A stretch of 64,000 bases of DNA from an uncultured delta proteobacterium (GTDB lineage Bacteria; Myxococcota; Myxococcia; Myxococcales; Myxococcaceae). The notes beneath the pieces are model-generated. The model worked only from the letters and a program-made list of their open reading frames with translations, had not been told where the DNA came from and made no database searches. Location of the stretch: NCBI GenBank assembly GCA_963713045.1, contig CAVQKE010000001.1, positions 288,001 through 352,000 on the forward strand. The letters run 5' to 3'. Positions 19,152 through 27,944 of this stretch are shown here, in pieces. Position 1 is the first letter of the stretch; each line of letters begins with the position of its first letter. Both the position numbers and the translations under genes were made by a program.

Positions 19152-19600
19152 GCAGCCGCCGCCTCCTCCCGTTCGCCGTCTTGTGCCTGCTTTGGGCGGG
19201 CATCGTCGTCGGCATTTCCTTCATCGAGGCCCCAGTGAAGTTTCACGCCCCGACGCTGACCCGCGCCGCGGCCTTGGACGTTGGGCGCACCGTCTTTCAG
19301 GCCTCCCAGTGGGTGCAGGCAGTTTTCGCCGTCCTTGCGGTGGGCGCAGCGCTCTTCGGCCGGGTGCCTCGCCCAGCGTGGCTGTGCCTTGCGGTGGGCG
19401 TGGGCGCCCTCGTGGTGCAAATGGAATGGCTCTTTCCGCTGCTGGCTGCCCGGACCGAAGCCATCCTCTCCGGGGCCGTCCCCACCGGTCCCAATCCGCA
19501 CCGCGCCTACGGCCTTTTGGAAGTCTTCAAAGTGCTGGCCCTCATTCTCGGTGCGGTGCTGGCCCTGCTTCTGCCACGGCCGAGCCATACATCCTCTTGA
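19148..19600 (+). CDS. Small 4-TM membrane protein (DUF4149-like)
   Basis: GISFIEAPVKF...LDVGRTVF...HRAYGLLEVFK. GTGA overlap with the hemerythrin gene. Confidence 0.7.
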   Translation: MSSRRLLPFAVLCLLWAGIVVGISFIEAPVKFHAPTLTRAAALDVGRTVFQASQWVQAVFAVLAVGAALFGRVPRPAWLCLAVGVGALVVQMEWLFPLLAARTEAILSGAVPTGPNPHRAYGLLEVFKVLALILGAVLALLLPRPSHTSS

Positions 19601-19658
19601 GGTCCGTCGCGCCCGTTGCTGAGGCCGCTCCGTCCTTCCCCAGTTTGGCTGGCAGTCG

Positions 19659-20174
19659 CTACCGAGAACGACGCGGCTTTTTGCGCCCTGGGCGCTTGAC
19701 GGCTCGGCGCGTCGTGCTGGCCGGCTTCGCGTGCCGGCGGCCGCCGGCGCCGCTTCGCGTTGCTGCCCGTGGCCGGGCTGCCGTCTGGAAGTACTTCTTC
19801 ATCGGTCGAAAGTAGAAGGCCGACCATCCGGCCTGGTAGTCGGCCTCCTGCCCGGTGGGAATGTGTGCGTGCACCACCGTCAGCCGAGTCCCTCCGCGGG
19901 CCGCCTCAAAAAAAACTTCTACCCTCGAATCCGGTGCGGCGACCGGGAAGTCGGTGGTGCGCCAGGCGTGGACAATGCGCTCGCCCGGTTCGAGCACCAG
20001 GTACGTCCCCTGGATGTAGCCTGCCCACGCGGTGAAGGCGCCGCCGATGCGTGGCTCGGAGGTGGCAACCCCTCCGCCGGTAAAAGCAGCATGGGTCCGT
20101 GGGTCGAGCCAGGCACGGTAGACAGCCGAAGGCTGGGCCCGCACCACGGTGGACATTTTAAAGCCGTTGGACAC
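19659..20174 (-). CDS. AHA1/SRPBCC-domain protein with basic C-terminal tail
   Basis: VYRAWLD...GGAFTAWAGYIQG...RIVHAWRTTDF...GWSAFYF. GTG start after GGGAGGGAG. Confidence 0.8.
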   Translation of the reverse strand: MSNGFKMSTVVRAQPSAVYRAWLDPRTHAAFTGGGVATSEPRIGGAFTAWAGYIQGTYLVLEPGERIVHAWRTTDFPVAAPDSRVEVFFEAARGGTRLTVVHAHIPTGQEADYQAGWSAFYFRPMKKYFQTAARPRAATRSGAGGRRHAKPASTTRRAVKRPGRKKPRRSR

Positions 20175-20283
20175 GGCTCCCTCCCTTCGAAACCAGCACC
20201 GGACTCTAGCCCAACGAGGCGCGACAACCCTCCTTGAAGGGTCCTCTGCCGTCCTCCCCATTGGGGTACCATTTGTTGGAGAG

Positions 20284-20793
20284 ATGGCGGAGCCCATTCG
20301 CACTGAGCGTCTCGTCCTTCGCGAGCCGGAGGAGGCCGACCTCCCGAGCCTGGTTGCAATCCTCCGGGAACCGGAGGTCGCTCGCTGGTGGCCCGGATTC
20401 GACGAGGCCGAGGCCCGCCGAGCGCTCCTGGGGCGAGAGGACATCGCCGTGTTCGCCATCGAGCACCAGGGACGCGCCATCGGTGCAATTCAATTCTACG
20501 AGCACCCCGACCCGAGTTACCGCCATGCGGGCGTCGACCTGTTTCTCGCGTCGGCCTTCCAGGGCCAGGGTCTCGGGAGCGAGGCGGTGCAGGGACTGGC
20601 CCGCCACCTCTTCCGCGTGCGAGGCCACCACCGCGTGGTGATTGACCCGGCCGCCGAGAACCTTCGCGCCATCCGCGCCTACGAGCGAGCCGGTTTCCGT
20701 CAAGTCGGTGTCATGCGTCAGTACGAGCGCGGCTCCGATGGGCACTGGCACGACGGCGTGATGATGGAACTGCTGCAGGAGGACCTGCGCTAA
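20284..20793 (+). CDS. GNAT acetyltransferase (RimJ/RimL, AAC(6')-Ib-like fold)
   Basis: TERLVLR, GQGLGSE, DPAAENLRAIRAYERAGF. Confidence 0.85.
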   Translation: MAEPIRTERLVLREPEEADLPSLVAILREPEVARWWPGFDEAEARRALLGREDIAVFAIEHQGRAIGAIQFYEHPDPSYRHAGVDLFLASAFQGQGLGSEAVQGLARHLFRVRGHHRVVIDPAAENLRAIRAYERAGFRQVGVMRQYERGSDGHWHDGVMMELLQEDLR

Positions 20794-20936
20794 TTGGCGG
20801 TGCCCCACCTGGCGCCGGCCAACCGCGGAGCCCTTTGAGGTAAGGGCCGGTCACTAAGCGTCGAGCGAGCGCTTGACTGCGTCCGAGGAGCCGAGCAGGG
20901 TCCGCGCCATTCTACTTTCCAGAGGGGTACCTCACG

Positions 20937-21635
20937 ATGCCCATCAGCAACCGTGCTGCGGCGGAATTTTTCGGTACGTTTTGGCTCGTCCTAGGAGGCT
21001 GCGGCAGTGCGGTCCTCGCGGCCGGCGTTCCCATTCTGGGCATCGGTTATGCCGGCGTCGCACTGGCGTTCGGACTCACGGTGCTGACTGGCGTTTACGC
21101 GCTGGGCGCGATTTCCGGCGGCCATTTCAACCCGGCCGTCTCGGTCGGCCTGTTCGTGGCGAAGCGCTTCGCGGCCAAGGACGTGCTGCCCTACATCGTC
21201 GCCCAAGTGGCCGGGGCGGTGACGGCTGCGGCCGTTCTCTACGTGATTGCCAGCGGCATCCCGAGCTTCAGCACCGCTCATGGCTTCGCCGCCAACGGCT
21301 ACGGCGAGCACAGCCAGCGCGGCTACTCTCTTTTGGCGTGCGTGGTGTGCGAGGTGGTGATGTCCTTCATGTTTTTGATGGTGATTCTCGGCGCCACCGA
21401 CGCCCGCGCGCCCAAGGGTTTCGCCGGGCTGGCAATTGGCCTGTGTTTGACGCTGATTCACCTCATCAGCATCCCGGTCACCGGCACCTCGGTAAATCCC
21501 GCGCGCAGCACGGGCCCGGCCCTCTTCGTCGGTGGTTGGGCCCTCTCACAGCTTTGGCTGTTCTGGGTTGCCCCTCTGGTCGGTGGGGCTCTGGCCGGTG
21601 TGACCTACCCAGCACTGATGAAGGAAAAGAGCTGA
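20937..21635 (+). CDS. aqpZ: Aquaporin Z
   Basis: [18 protein letters not shown], two NPA motifs ([16 protein letters not shown]), [12 protein letters not shown]. Confidence 0.95.
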   Translation: MPISNRAAAEFFGTFWLVLGGCGSAVLAAGVPILGIGYAGVALAFGLTVLTGVYALGAISGGHFNPAVSVGLFVAKRFAAKDVLPYIVAQVAGAVTAAAVLYVIASGIPSFSTAHGFAANGYGEHSQRGYSLLACVVCEVVMSFMFLMVILGATDARAPKGFAGLAIGLCLTLIHLISIPVTGTSVNPARSTGPALFVGGWALSQLWLFWVAPLVGGALAGVTYPALMKEKS

Positions 21636-21798
21636 CCCCAGCGAGGCTGGCACACGGCCCCCTGACGGCCGAAACCGTTCGCCGCTTTGCGCCGTACTGG
21701 GCTCTGCGTGTGGGTGTCCCCTCTTGTGTTACCGTTGTCGGAGGGTAACCGGGAGACTCCAAAGAGACCGGGCCCCTCTGCCAGAGGCAGCCATTCCG

Positions 21799-22284
21799 AT
21801 GCAGCTTGAAGTTCGGCCCTTCTCCCTCGTCCTGTTGCTGTGGACCGCTTGTGCGACGGCGCCCTCCACGCCGACCAGCTCGGACGTTCCAGCCCAAAAG
21901 GCCGCAACCGGCTCGGATGCTGCGCCGACGCTCTACCAGCGGCTCGGTGGCCGCGACGTCATCAACGCCTTGGTCGCCACCTTCGTCAACAACGTGGGAC
22001 GCGACCCGCGCATCCAGCTGCGGTTTCTGTTTACCGACCTGGACAGTCTCCGGGGCCACCTCTCGGAGCAAATCTGCGAAGCCAGCGGCGGCCCGTGCAA
22101 GTACACCGGCCGGCCGATGAAGTCGGGCCATGCCGGGATGCACATCCAAAACGCCGAATTTGACGCGATGGCCGAGGACTTGGTGGCTGCCCTCAAGGTC
22201 CATGGCATTGGCGCCAAGGAGCAGCAGGAATTGCTCGCCGTGGTGGGCTCGATGCGCGGCGACATTGTCGAGAGACCGCAGTGA
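21799..22284 (+). CDS. Group I truncated (2/2) hemoglobin with lipoprotein signal
   Basis: LLLWTA-C lipobox-like signal, LYQRLGG, DPRI, GGPCKYTGRPMKSGH (proximal His), EFDAMAEDL. Confidence 0.88.
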   Translation: MQLEVRPFSLVLLLWTACATAPSTPTSSDVPAQKAATGSDAAPTLYQRLGGRDVINALVATFVNNVGRDPRIQLRFLFTDLDSLRGHLSEQICEASGGPCKYTGRPMKSGHAGMHIQNAEFDAMAEDLVAALKVHGIGAKEQQELLAVVGSMRGDIVERPQ

Positions 22285-23657
22285 ACGCCACCGTTCCGCC
22301 CACCGTCGCAACCCCGGTGAAGCTGGACGACGAGCTGGAACCTCAGCCGCTGCCCGCGGGTTCGATGTTGAAACACTTCCGCGTAGACCGCCGACTGGCC
22401 GCCGGTGGAATGGGGGAGGTATACGCCGGCTTCGACACCTCTCTGAATCGCCCGGTGGCTTTGAAAACCATCCGTCCGGGGCTGGCCCGGGACCGGGCCT
22501 TCCTCGTGCGGTTTGTCCGCGAGGCGCAGGCGCAGGCCAATGTGGTCCACCCCCACGTGGTGCAAATCTACTTCGTCGGCGAAGACCAGGGCGTGTGGTT
22601 TATGGCCATGCAGCTGGTGGACGGCGGCTCCTTGCAGGACGAGATGCTCGGTGGACGCGGTCTCAGCTGGCAGCGGGTGGCCAACGACTTCGTCGGCCTG
22701 GCCGACGGAATGGCCGAGGCGGCGCGACTCAACATCATCCACCGGGACATCAAACCGGCAAACATCCTGGTCGACCGCTACGGCATTGCGCACTTGGCGG
22801 ACTTTGGGTTGGCGACCGCACCCGGCGCGGGGAAGGAGTCGTCGAGCACGCACGTGCGCGGAGCGCTGGACGGCGCGGAGAGCGTCACCCACGTCGGCAC
22901 GGTGGTGGGCACCCTGCCCTACATGGCGCCCGAGCAGCTTCGCGGCGAAGCGCTGGACCAGCGGGCGGATGTCTACGGCCTCGGAGCAACCATGTACCAC
23001 CTGCTGAGCGGGCATCCGCCGCTGCAGGCGCGAACGCCGGCGGAGGCCCTGCAGCTTTTGGCCCCAGGGCTTCCTCCCATCCGCAGCCGAGCGCCAGCCA
23101 CCCCCCGGGAGTTGGCCCGCGTCGTCGACCGCTGTGTTGAGCTGGACGCGGGCGCCCGCTTCGCCACCCATGCCGACCTCGCGCGCGCTCTGCGAAGCGC
23201 GGCGCCGCAGCCCGAAGTCCGCCCGGTGTTTCTGGTGCGCTTCCTGGCGGCCCTGTTGGACGTGCTTCCCTTCGCCGTCGTCTTGCGCTTCACCTACAGC
23301 TGGGCGCCCTGGGTCGCCCCCTGCGCACTGTTTCTCTCGCTGGCCCTTGGGCAGCTTCTACTGGGCGCTTCGCCCGGGCAATGGCTGATGCGGCTGCGGC
23401 TCCGCACCTCCGACGACGGAGACGTCTCTTTGGCGCGAGCGGCAGTCCGGGCACTGCTTCAATATGGCGGTTTCTTCCCTCTCGCGTTCACCCTCTTCGC
23501 GCTTTATGCGCGCGGCACGGCGGTGGTGGATGTGCTCGGGCTGTTGACCCTCCTCTGGGCAGGGGTTCCGCTGCTCGGGGCATCGCCCGCGCTCGTCCGA
23601 CTTCCCACGCTGGTCGACCGCTTGACTGGCACGCGTGTGCTGGTGGACGTCCGATGA
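22281..23657 (+). CDS. Hanks-type Ser/Thr protein kinase fused to C-terminal RDD membrane domain
   Basis: GGMGEV, VALK, HRDIKPAN, DFG, GTLPYMAPE, DVYGLG. C-terminal RFLAALLD...SPGQWLMRLR...DRLTGTRV is an RDD pattern. Confidence 0.9.
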   Translation: MNATVPPTVATPVKLDDELEPQPLPAGSMLKHFRVDRRLAAGGMGEVYAGFDTSLNRPVALKTIRPGLARDRAFLVRFVREAQAQANVVHPHVVQIYFVGEDQGVWFMAMQLVDGGSLQDEMLGGRGLSWQRVANDFVGLADGMAEAARLNIIHRDIKPANILVDRYGIAHLADFGLATAPGAGKESSSTHVRGALDGAESVTHVGTVVGTLPYMAPEQLRGEALDQRADVYGLGATMYHLLSGHPPLQARTPAEALQLLAPGLPPIRSRAPATPRELARVVDRCVELDAGARFATHADLARALRSAAPQPEVRPVFLVRFLAALLDVLPFAVVLRFTYSWAPWVAPCALFLSLALGQLLLGASPGQWLMRLRLRTSDDGDVSLARAAVRALLQYGGFFPLAFTLFALYARGTAVVDVLGLLTLLWAGVPLLGASPALVRLPTLVDRLTGTRVLVDVR

Positions 23658-25090
23658 CTTCTCGACTGCTCGCGTTGTGCCTTCTCCTTTGCCTACCCGC
23701 TGCGGCTGAGCCCCGCGTTTGGACGCTGCAAAAGCCGTCGGCACGTATCCGCTTCACCGTCGAGGCTCCCCTCGACGCCATCCACGGCGCCTCCAATGGC
23801 ATGTCCGGGACCCTCAACTTCGCCGAGGAGGCTTGGGCCAGCGGGGCCGGGCGAATTCGAATCGACCTCACCGCGTTCACCACAGGGCTTTCGCTTCGAG
23901 ACGAGGACCTCCGGGACCAATTCTTCCAGACCGACCGGTTTGCCGAGGCAATGGTCTTTCTGACCGGAGTCGAGCGGGTCTCAGCAGCCGCGCTGACCTT
24001 GAACACCGATGTCCAAGCAGATGCGGTGGGGACGCTGTCGCTTCACGGGCAAACCCATCCGGTGCGAATCCCCATCACCGTCCGGCTGACGCAGTCGGAG
24101 GGTCAACGGGATTTGCTGGTCCGCGGAACGTTCGACGTCACCATGGCCGACTACGGCATCGAACGGCCGGCGCGCCTCTTCCTCAAGCTGGGGACGGTTG
24201 CGCGCGTGAGTTTTGACGCCACTTTCCGGGCGTCACCACCCGCTTCGGTGTCGCAAGCCGTGGCGGCCAGCGCCCCTCCGCCAGCCAAAAGCAGCGTGCT
24301 CAGTACCGTGGGTCCAGCACTCTCGCTGAATGTCGTGGTGGCCAGGAGGGTCAAGACAGCCGCTCGGGCTCCAGCTTGGGACTTTTCCCTCACCTCGCCC
24401 GAAGGACGGGGCGAACGTCTCTTCCATGACCCTGCAGTCGGCAGCGAGCTCAACGCCAACAGCTGCTGGTCCTGTCACAGCGTCCGCGACGAGCGCACCG
24501 GCTTCTTCGATGCGGCAGGTCACGTGAAGTCCAACGCCACGCTGTGGGACAGCGGTCGGCGCCCCAGCTACTGGCGTGGTTTCGCGCCGACGCTCGAACA
24601 GGGCATCGACATCTGCGTGCGCAAGTTCATGCTGAAGGCGGGGGGCGCATCCAAAGAGCAACTGGCGGACTTGGCGGCCTACCTCCGGCGGATTTCGCCC
24701 GACGTGCAGGCGCCGGAGGACTACACGGCCCTCGTTCTCGGCCGCTCCACGGCCATCGATCGGCCCACCGGGGGAAATGCCGACCGCGGAGCACTGTTGA
24801 CCGAGCGCTTCTGCAATTCTTGCCATGCCGAGGGTGCGCTGCGGCCGCCCCTCACGCCCGGTCTGTATGAGGCGGACTACTTGGTGAAGCGCATCCGGTG
24901 GATTCCGGGCCATGACGCCAAGCAAATGCCACCCCTGTCGATGGACCGCTTGCGGGACAGCGAACTGCGCGACATCGTCACCTACCTCGTCGGCGATGAC
25001 ACGACGCGCATCTTCCACAGGAAGCCAAAACCCGTCGTCGCTCCCCGCACTGAGGCGCCCCACACCACCCCACCACTCGCGGCGCGCTGA
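23654..25090 (+). CDS. Secreted YceI-domain / diheme cytochrome c fusion
   Basis: Signal peptide MTSRLLALCLLLCLPAAA. YceI motifs TGLSLRDEDLR, GTLSLHG, DYGI. Two CxxCH motifs (CWSCH, CNSCH) and QMPP. Confidence 0.82.
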   Translation: MTSRLLALCLLLCLPAAAEPRVWTLQKPSARIRFTVEAPLDAIHGASNGMSGTLNFAEEAWASGAGRIRIDLTAFTTGLSLRDEDLRDQFFQTDRFAEAMVFLTGVERVSAAALTLNTDVQADAVGTLSLHGQTHPVRIPITVRLTQSEGQRDLLVRGTFDVTMADYGIERPARLFLKLGTVARVSFDATFRASPPASVSQAVAASAPPPAKSSVLSTVGPALSLNVVVARRVKTAARAPAWDFSLTSPEGRGERLFHDPAVGSELNANSCWSCHSVRDERTGFFDAAGHVKSNATLWDSGRRPSYWRGFAPTLEQGIDICVRKFMLKAGGASKEQLADLAAYLRRISPDVQAPEDYTALVLGRSTAIDRPTGGNADRGALLTERFCNSCHAEGALRPPLTPGLYEADYLVKRIRWIPGHDAKQMPPLSMDRLRDSELRDIVTYLVGDDTTRIFHRKPKPVVAPRTEAPHTTPPLAAR

Positions 25091-25278
25091 GAGGGCCGAG
25101 CCGGTCGTCCTGGCGTCCACTGTGTTGGGGAGCCGTCCGGTCAACTGTGCCTGGCCGAACGCAGGCCAGCTCATCAGAAGGTTTACTGACAAAGGATTCC
25201 GGACAGGTGGCCGAACGTCGGCGCGATCAGATATGCCGGCAGCTACCGGAAACCTGCCGGACGCCAGAGGAGCCGCCC

Positions 25279-26337
25279 ATGTCGCTGGACATCTCCATTA
25301 CCCGGTCCACGCAACCACGTCCGAAGCCGCCGCCGGGGGACCTCGCGTTCGGGCGCTTCTTCAGCGACCACATGTTTCTCGCCGACTACGAGTCAGGCAG
25401 CTGGGGCAATGCCCGCGTGGTGCCGTACGGGCCGCTCGCCCTCGACCCGGCGGCGGCTGTCCTGCACTATGGGCAGGCCCTGTTCGAGGGGATGAAGGCG
25501 TACCGGGCCAAGAATGGCCGGGCACTGGTGTTTCGGCCCCAGCTACACGCGGCTCGGCTCAACGCCAGTGCTGAGCGGCTGTGCATGCCCAGCCTGCCGG
25601 AGGAGGACTTCCACCAGGCGTTGAAGGCCCTGCTGCAGGTGGACTGCGAGTGGATTCCGGCGGTGCCAGGAACGGCCCTCTACCTTCGACCGACGATGAT
25701 TGCCACCGAGCCTTTTCTCGGTGTCCGGCCCGCCCGCCGATACAGCTTCTTCATCATCGCCTCTCCGGTTGCCGGCTATTGGGGTCCGAAGCCCTCGGGC
25801 CTAAGGCTGTGGGTGGAGACCAAAGCCGTGCGGGCGGCGAAAGGTGGCGTTGGGGCGGCCAAGGCCGGCGCCAACTACGTCGCAAGTCTCCTCACCGCCG
25901 AGCAAGCGAAGGCGCAAGGCTACAGCCAAGTGCTGTGGCTTGACTCGACGCATACCCACGTCGAAGAAGTTGGGACGATGAACGTCTTCTTTCGCTTTGG
26001 CGAGACGGTGGTGACACCGCCCCTGGACGGCTCGTTCCTCGCCGGCGTCACCCGGGACACTGTCCTGCGTCTGCTTCGGCGCTGGAAGGTCCCCGTCGAA
26101 GAGCGACCGGTGGCCATGGCCGAGGTGGCGGCGGCCTATGACCGCGGCGAGTTGAAGGAAGTCTTCGGCACCGGGACGGCGGCAGTCATCGCCCCCGTCA
26201 GTGAACTCACCTGGGGAAAACGGTCCCTGCGTCTGAGCGAGCAGCGCGGTGCGGTGGCCGAGCGGGCCTTCCGGGCCCTCACCGAGCTCACCCAGAGGGG
26301 CGAACCGGACGCCGAGGGCTGGCTGGTCGAAATGTGA
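25279..26337 (+). CDS. ilvE: Branched-chain amino acid aminotransferase
   Basis: FSDHMF, LHYGQALFEGMKAY, LYLRP, AKAGANY, EEVGTMNVFF, LAGVTR, FGTGTAAVI. Confidence 0.93.
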   Translation: MSLDISITRSTQPRPKPPPGDLAFGRFFSDHMFLADYESGSWGNARVVPYGPLALDPAAAVLHYGQALFEGMKAYRAKNGRALVFRPQLHAARLNASAERLCMPSLPEEDFHQALKALLQVDCEWIPAVPGTALYLRPTMIATEPFLGVRPARRYSFFIIASPVAGYWGPKPSGLRLWVETKAVRAAKGGVGAAKAGANYVASLLTAEQAKAQGYSQVLWLDSTHTHVEEVGTMNVFFRFGETVVTPPLDGSFLAGVTRDTVLRLLRRWKVPVEERPVAMAEVAAAYDRGELKEVFGTGTAAVIAPVSELTWGKRSLRLSEQRGAVAERAFRALTELTQRGEPDAEGWLVEM

Positions 26338-27701
26338 AGCGAGCGCCGGCCTTCGACGTCGCCATCGTCGGAGGCGGCGCCAGCGCCGCCCTGCTCGCCA
26401 TTCAGCTTCTGCGCCGAGCGCCCAGGGGCTTTCGCCTTGTCTTGGTGGACCGAGCCGGAGACTTTGCGCGGGGCATTGCCTACCGCACCGTCGAGAGTTG
26501 CCACCTCCTCAACGTCCCGGCGGCGCGCATGAGTGCGCTTCCTGACGAGGAGGGGCACTTTCTCTCCTGGCTTCGCCGGCATGAGTCCGGGGCCGGCCCC
26601 GAGACGTACGCGCGCCGCCTCCTGTACGGCGACTACCTGAGCGAGCTCCTCGACAGCGCAGAGCGCGGCGCAGCCGGGACGCTACTCGAGCGGACGCAAG
26701 ACGAAGTCCAGGACTTGGAGGAGGTTTCCAGTGGGGTGCGGTTGCAGCTGGCCACCGGAGACTCTTTCCTCGCCGGCCGGGTGGTGCTGGCCCTTGGAAA
26801 CTTCCCCCCCAGTCCACTTGAGGTGGCCGAGGACGCCCAGAGGTTGGTGTGGCAGTCGCCCTGGCCCCGGAACGCGCTCTGGCCTCCTTCTGAGGCGACG
26901 GTGCTGGTGGTGGGCGCGGGCCTCACCGCGGTGGACGTGCTGCTGTCGCTCGCTGCACGCGGCCACCGGGGGTCGTGGCACGTCCTGTCCCGTCACGGGC
27001 TAATGCCCAACCCGCACGGCGAAACGACGCTCGCCCCTCTCAAGCTCGAGCTTCCTCGGGGCAAAGTACGGCGGCTGGTGCGCGCAGTGCGCGAAGCCTC
27101 TGCGCCCTTCGCCGACTGGCGGCCAGCCGTGGACAGCGTGCGCACGCAAGCCCAAGCCCTGTGGCGTTCCGTTTCTCATGCTGAGCAAGCGCGCTTCATG
27201 CGCCATGCACGCACGTATTGGGAGGTGCACCGGCACCGTGTCGCGCCTGCGGTGGGAAGGGTGGTGCAAGGGTTTCGAGACTCGGGCCAGCTTCAGGTGC
27301 ACGCCGGTCGGCTGTTGGGACTCGTCGCCCTCCGGTCGAGACTTGAGGCGAGCTTTCGGCCTCGGGGGGCAGCCCACCAAGAGAGGCTCGTCGTGGACTT
27401 AGTCGTCAACTGCACGGGCCCCGCGGGCCAGGTCGCAAACCCGGACGCGTTGGTGCGTGCCCTGCTCCGGCGCGGACTCGCCCGGCCCGGTCCTTTTCGG
27501 CTGGGGCTGGCCACCGATGAGCGAGGGGCACTGCTCGACGCGCACAGCCGAGCAGGCGGCCTTCTGTGGACGCTCGGCTCGGTCCGGCGCGGGGAGGTGT
27601 GGGAGTCCACTGCCATTCCGGACATTCGAGTGCAGGCGGCGGAACTGGCCACTCACCTTGTGCGGCTGCCTGCAGAGCGCCTGCCGAACGGCTCAGAGTG
27701 A
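26334..27701 (+). CDS. FAD/NAD(P)-binding protein (YdhS-like)
   Basis: IVGGGASA, GIAY...HLLNVPAARMSA, GAGLTAVD, WEVHRHR, NCTG, WESTAIPDIR. Confidence 0.85.
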   Translation: MKRAPAFDVAIVGGGASAALLAIQLLRRAPRGFRLVLVDRAGDFARGIAYRTVESCHLLNVPAARMSALPDEEGHFLSWLRRHESGAGPETYARRLLYGDYLSELLDSAERGAAGTLLERTQDEVQDLEEVSSGVRLQLATGDSFLAGRVVLALGNFPPSPLEVAEDAQRLVWQSPWPRNALWPPSEATVLVVGAGLTAVDVLLSLAARGHRGSWHVLSRHGLMPNPHGETTLAPLKLELPRGKVRRLVRAVREASAPFADWRPAVDSVRTQAQALWRSVSHAEQARFMRHARTYWEVHRHRVAPAVGRVVQGFRDSGQLQVHAGRLLGLVALRSRLEASFRPRGAAHQERLVVDLVVNCTGPAGQVANPDALVRALLRRGLARPGPFRLGLATDERGALLDAHSRAGGLLWTLGSVRRGEVWESTAIPDIRVQAAELATHLVRLPAERLPNGSE

Positions 27702-27944
27702 CTGGCCCGAAGGCGGCACGTCCGGGCGTCGACTGGTGTCTCGCACGTCGGCCGGATGGACCGCGTGCACGGGACCCCGGCGGACTGCACCCTCGAGGGC
27801 CCGCACCACGTCCCAGGCCAGAGCCGTGCTGACTGCGTCGAAGGCAACGGCCACCACCAGCGCTACAACCACCAGTCGCAGGAGCGAAGGTTGCTTCGGA
27901 GCGCTTGCCTCACCCAGGACTATCCGTGCGTGCGCCATTGCCAA
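27693..27944 (-). CDS. Small hypothetical single-TM protein
   Basis: 83-aa ORF with one hydrophobic stretch (LLRLVVVALVVAVAF). No family recognised. Confidence 0.35.
   Translation of the reverse strand: MAMAHARIVLGEASAPKQPSLLRLVVVALVVAVAFDAVSTALAWDVVRALEGAVRRGPVHAVHPADVRDTSRRPDVPPSGQSL

Noticed and set aside
20284..20793. Aminoglycoside-resistance gene aac(6')
   Set aside because: Only fold-level resemblance, with no integron or mobile context. The substrate cannot be assigned.
22281..23657. Anti-phage kinase or toxin system
   Set aside because: No nuclease, ATPase, toxin or antitoxin partner nearby. The flanking genes encode exported heme proteins.
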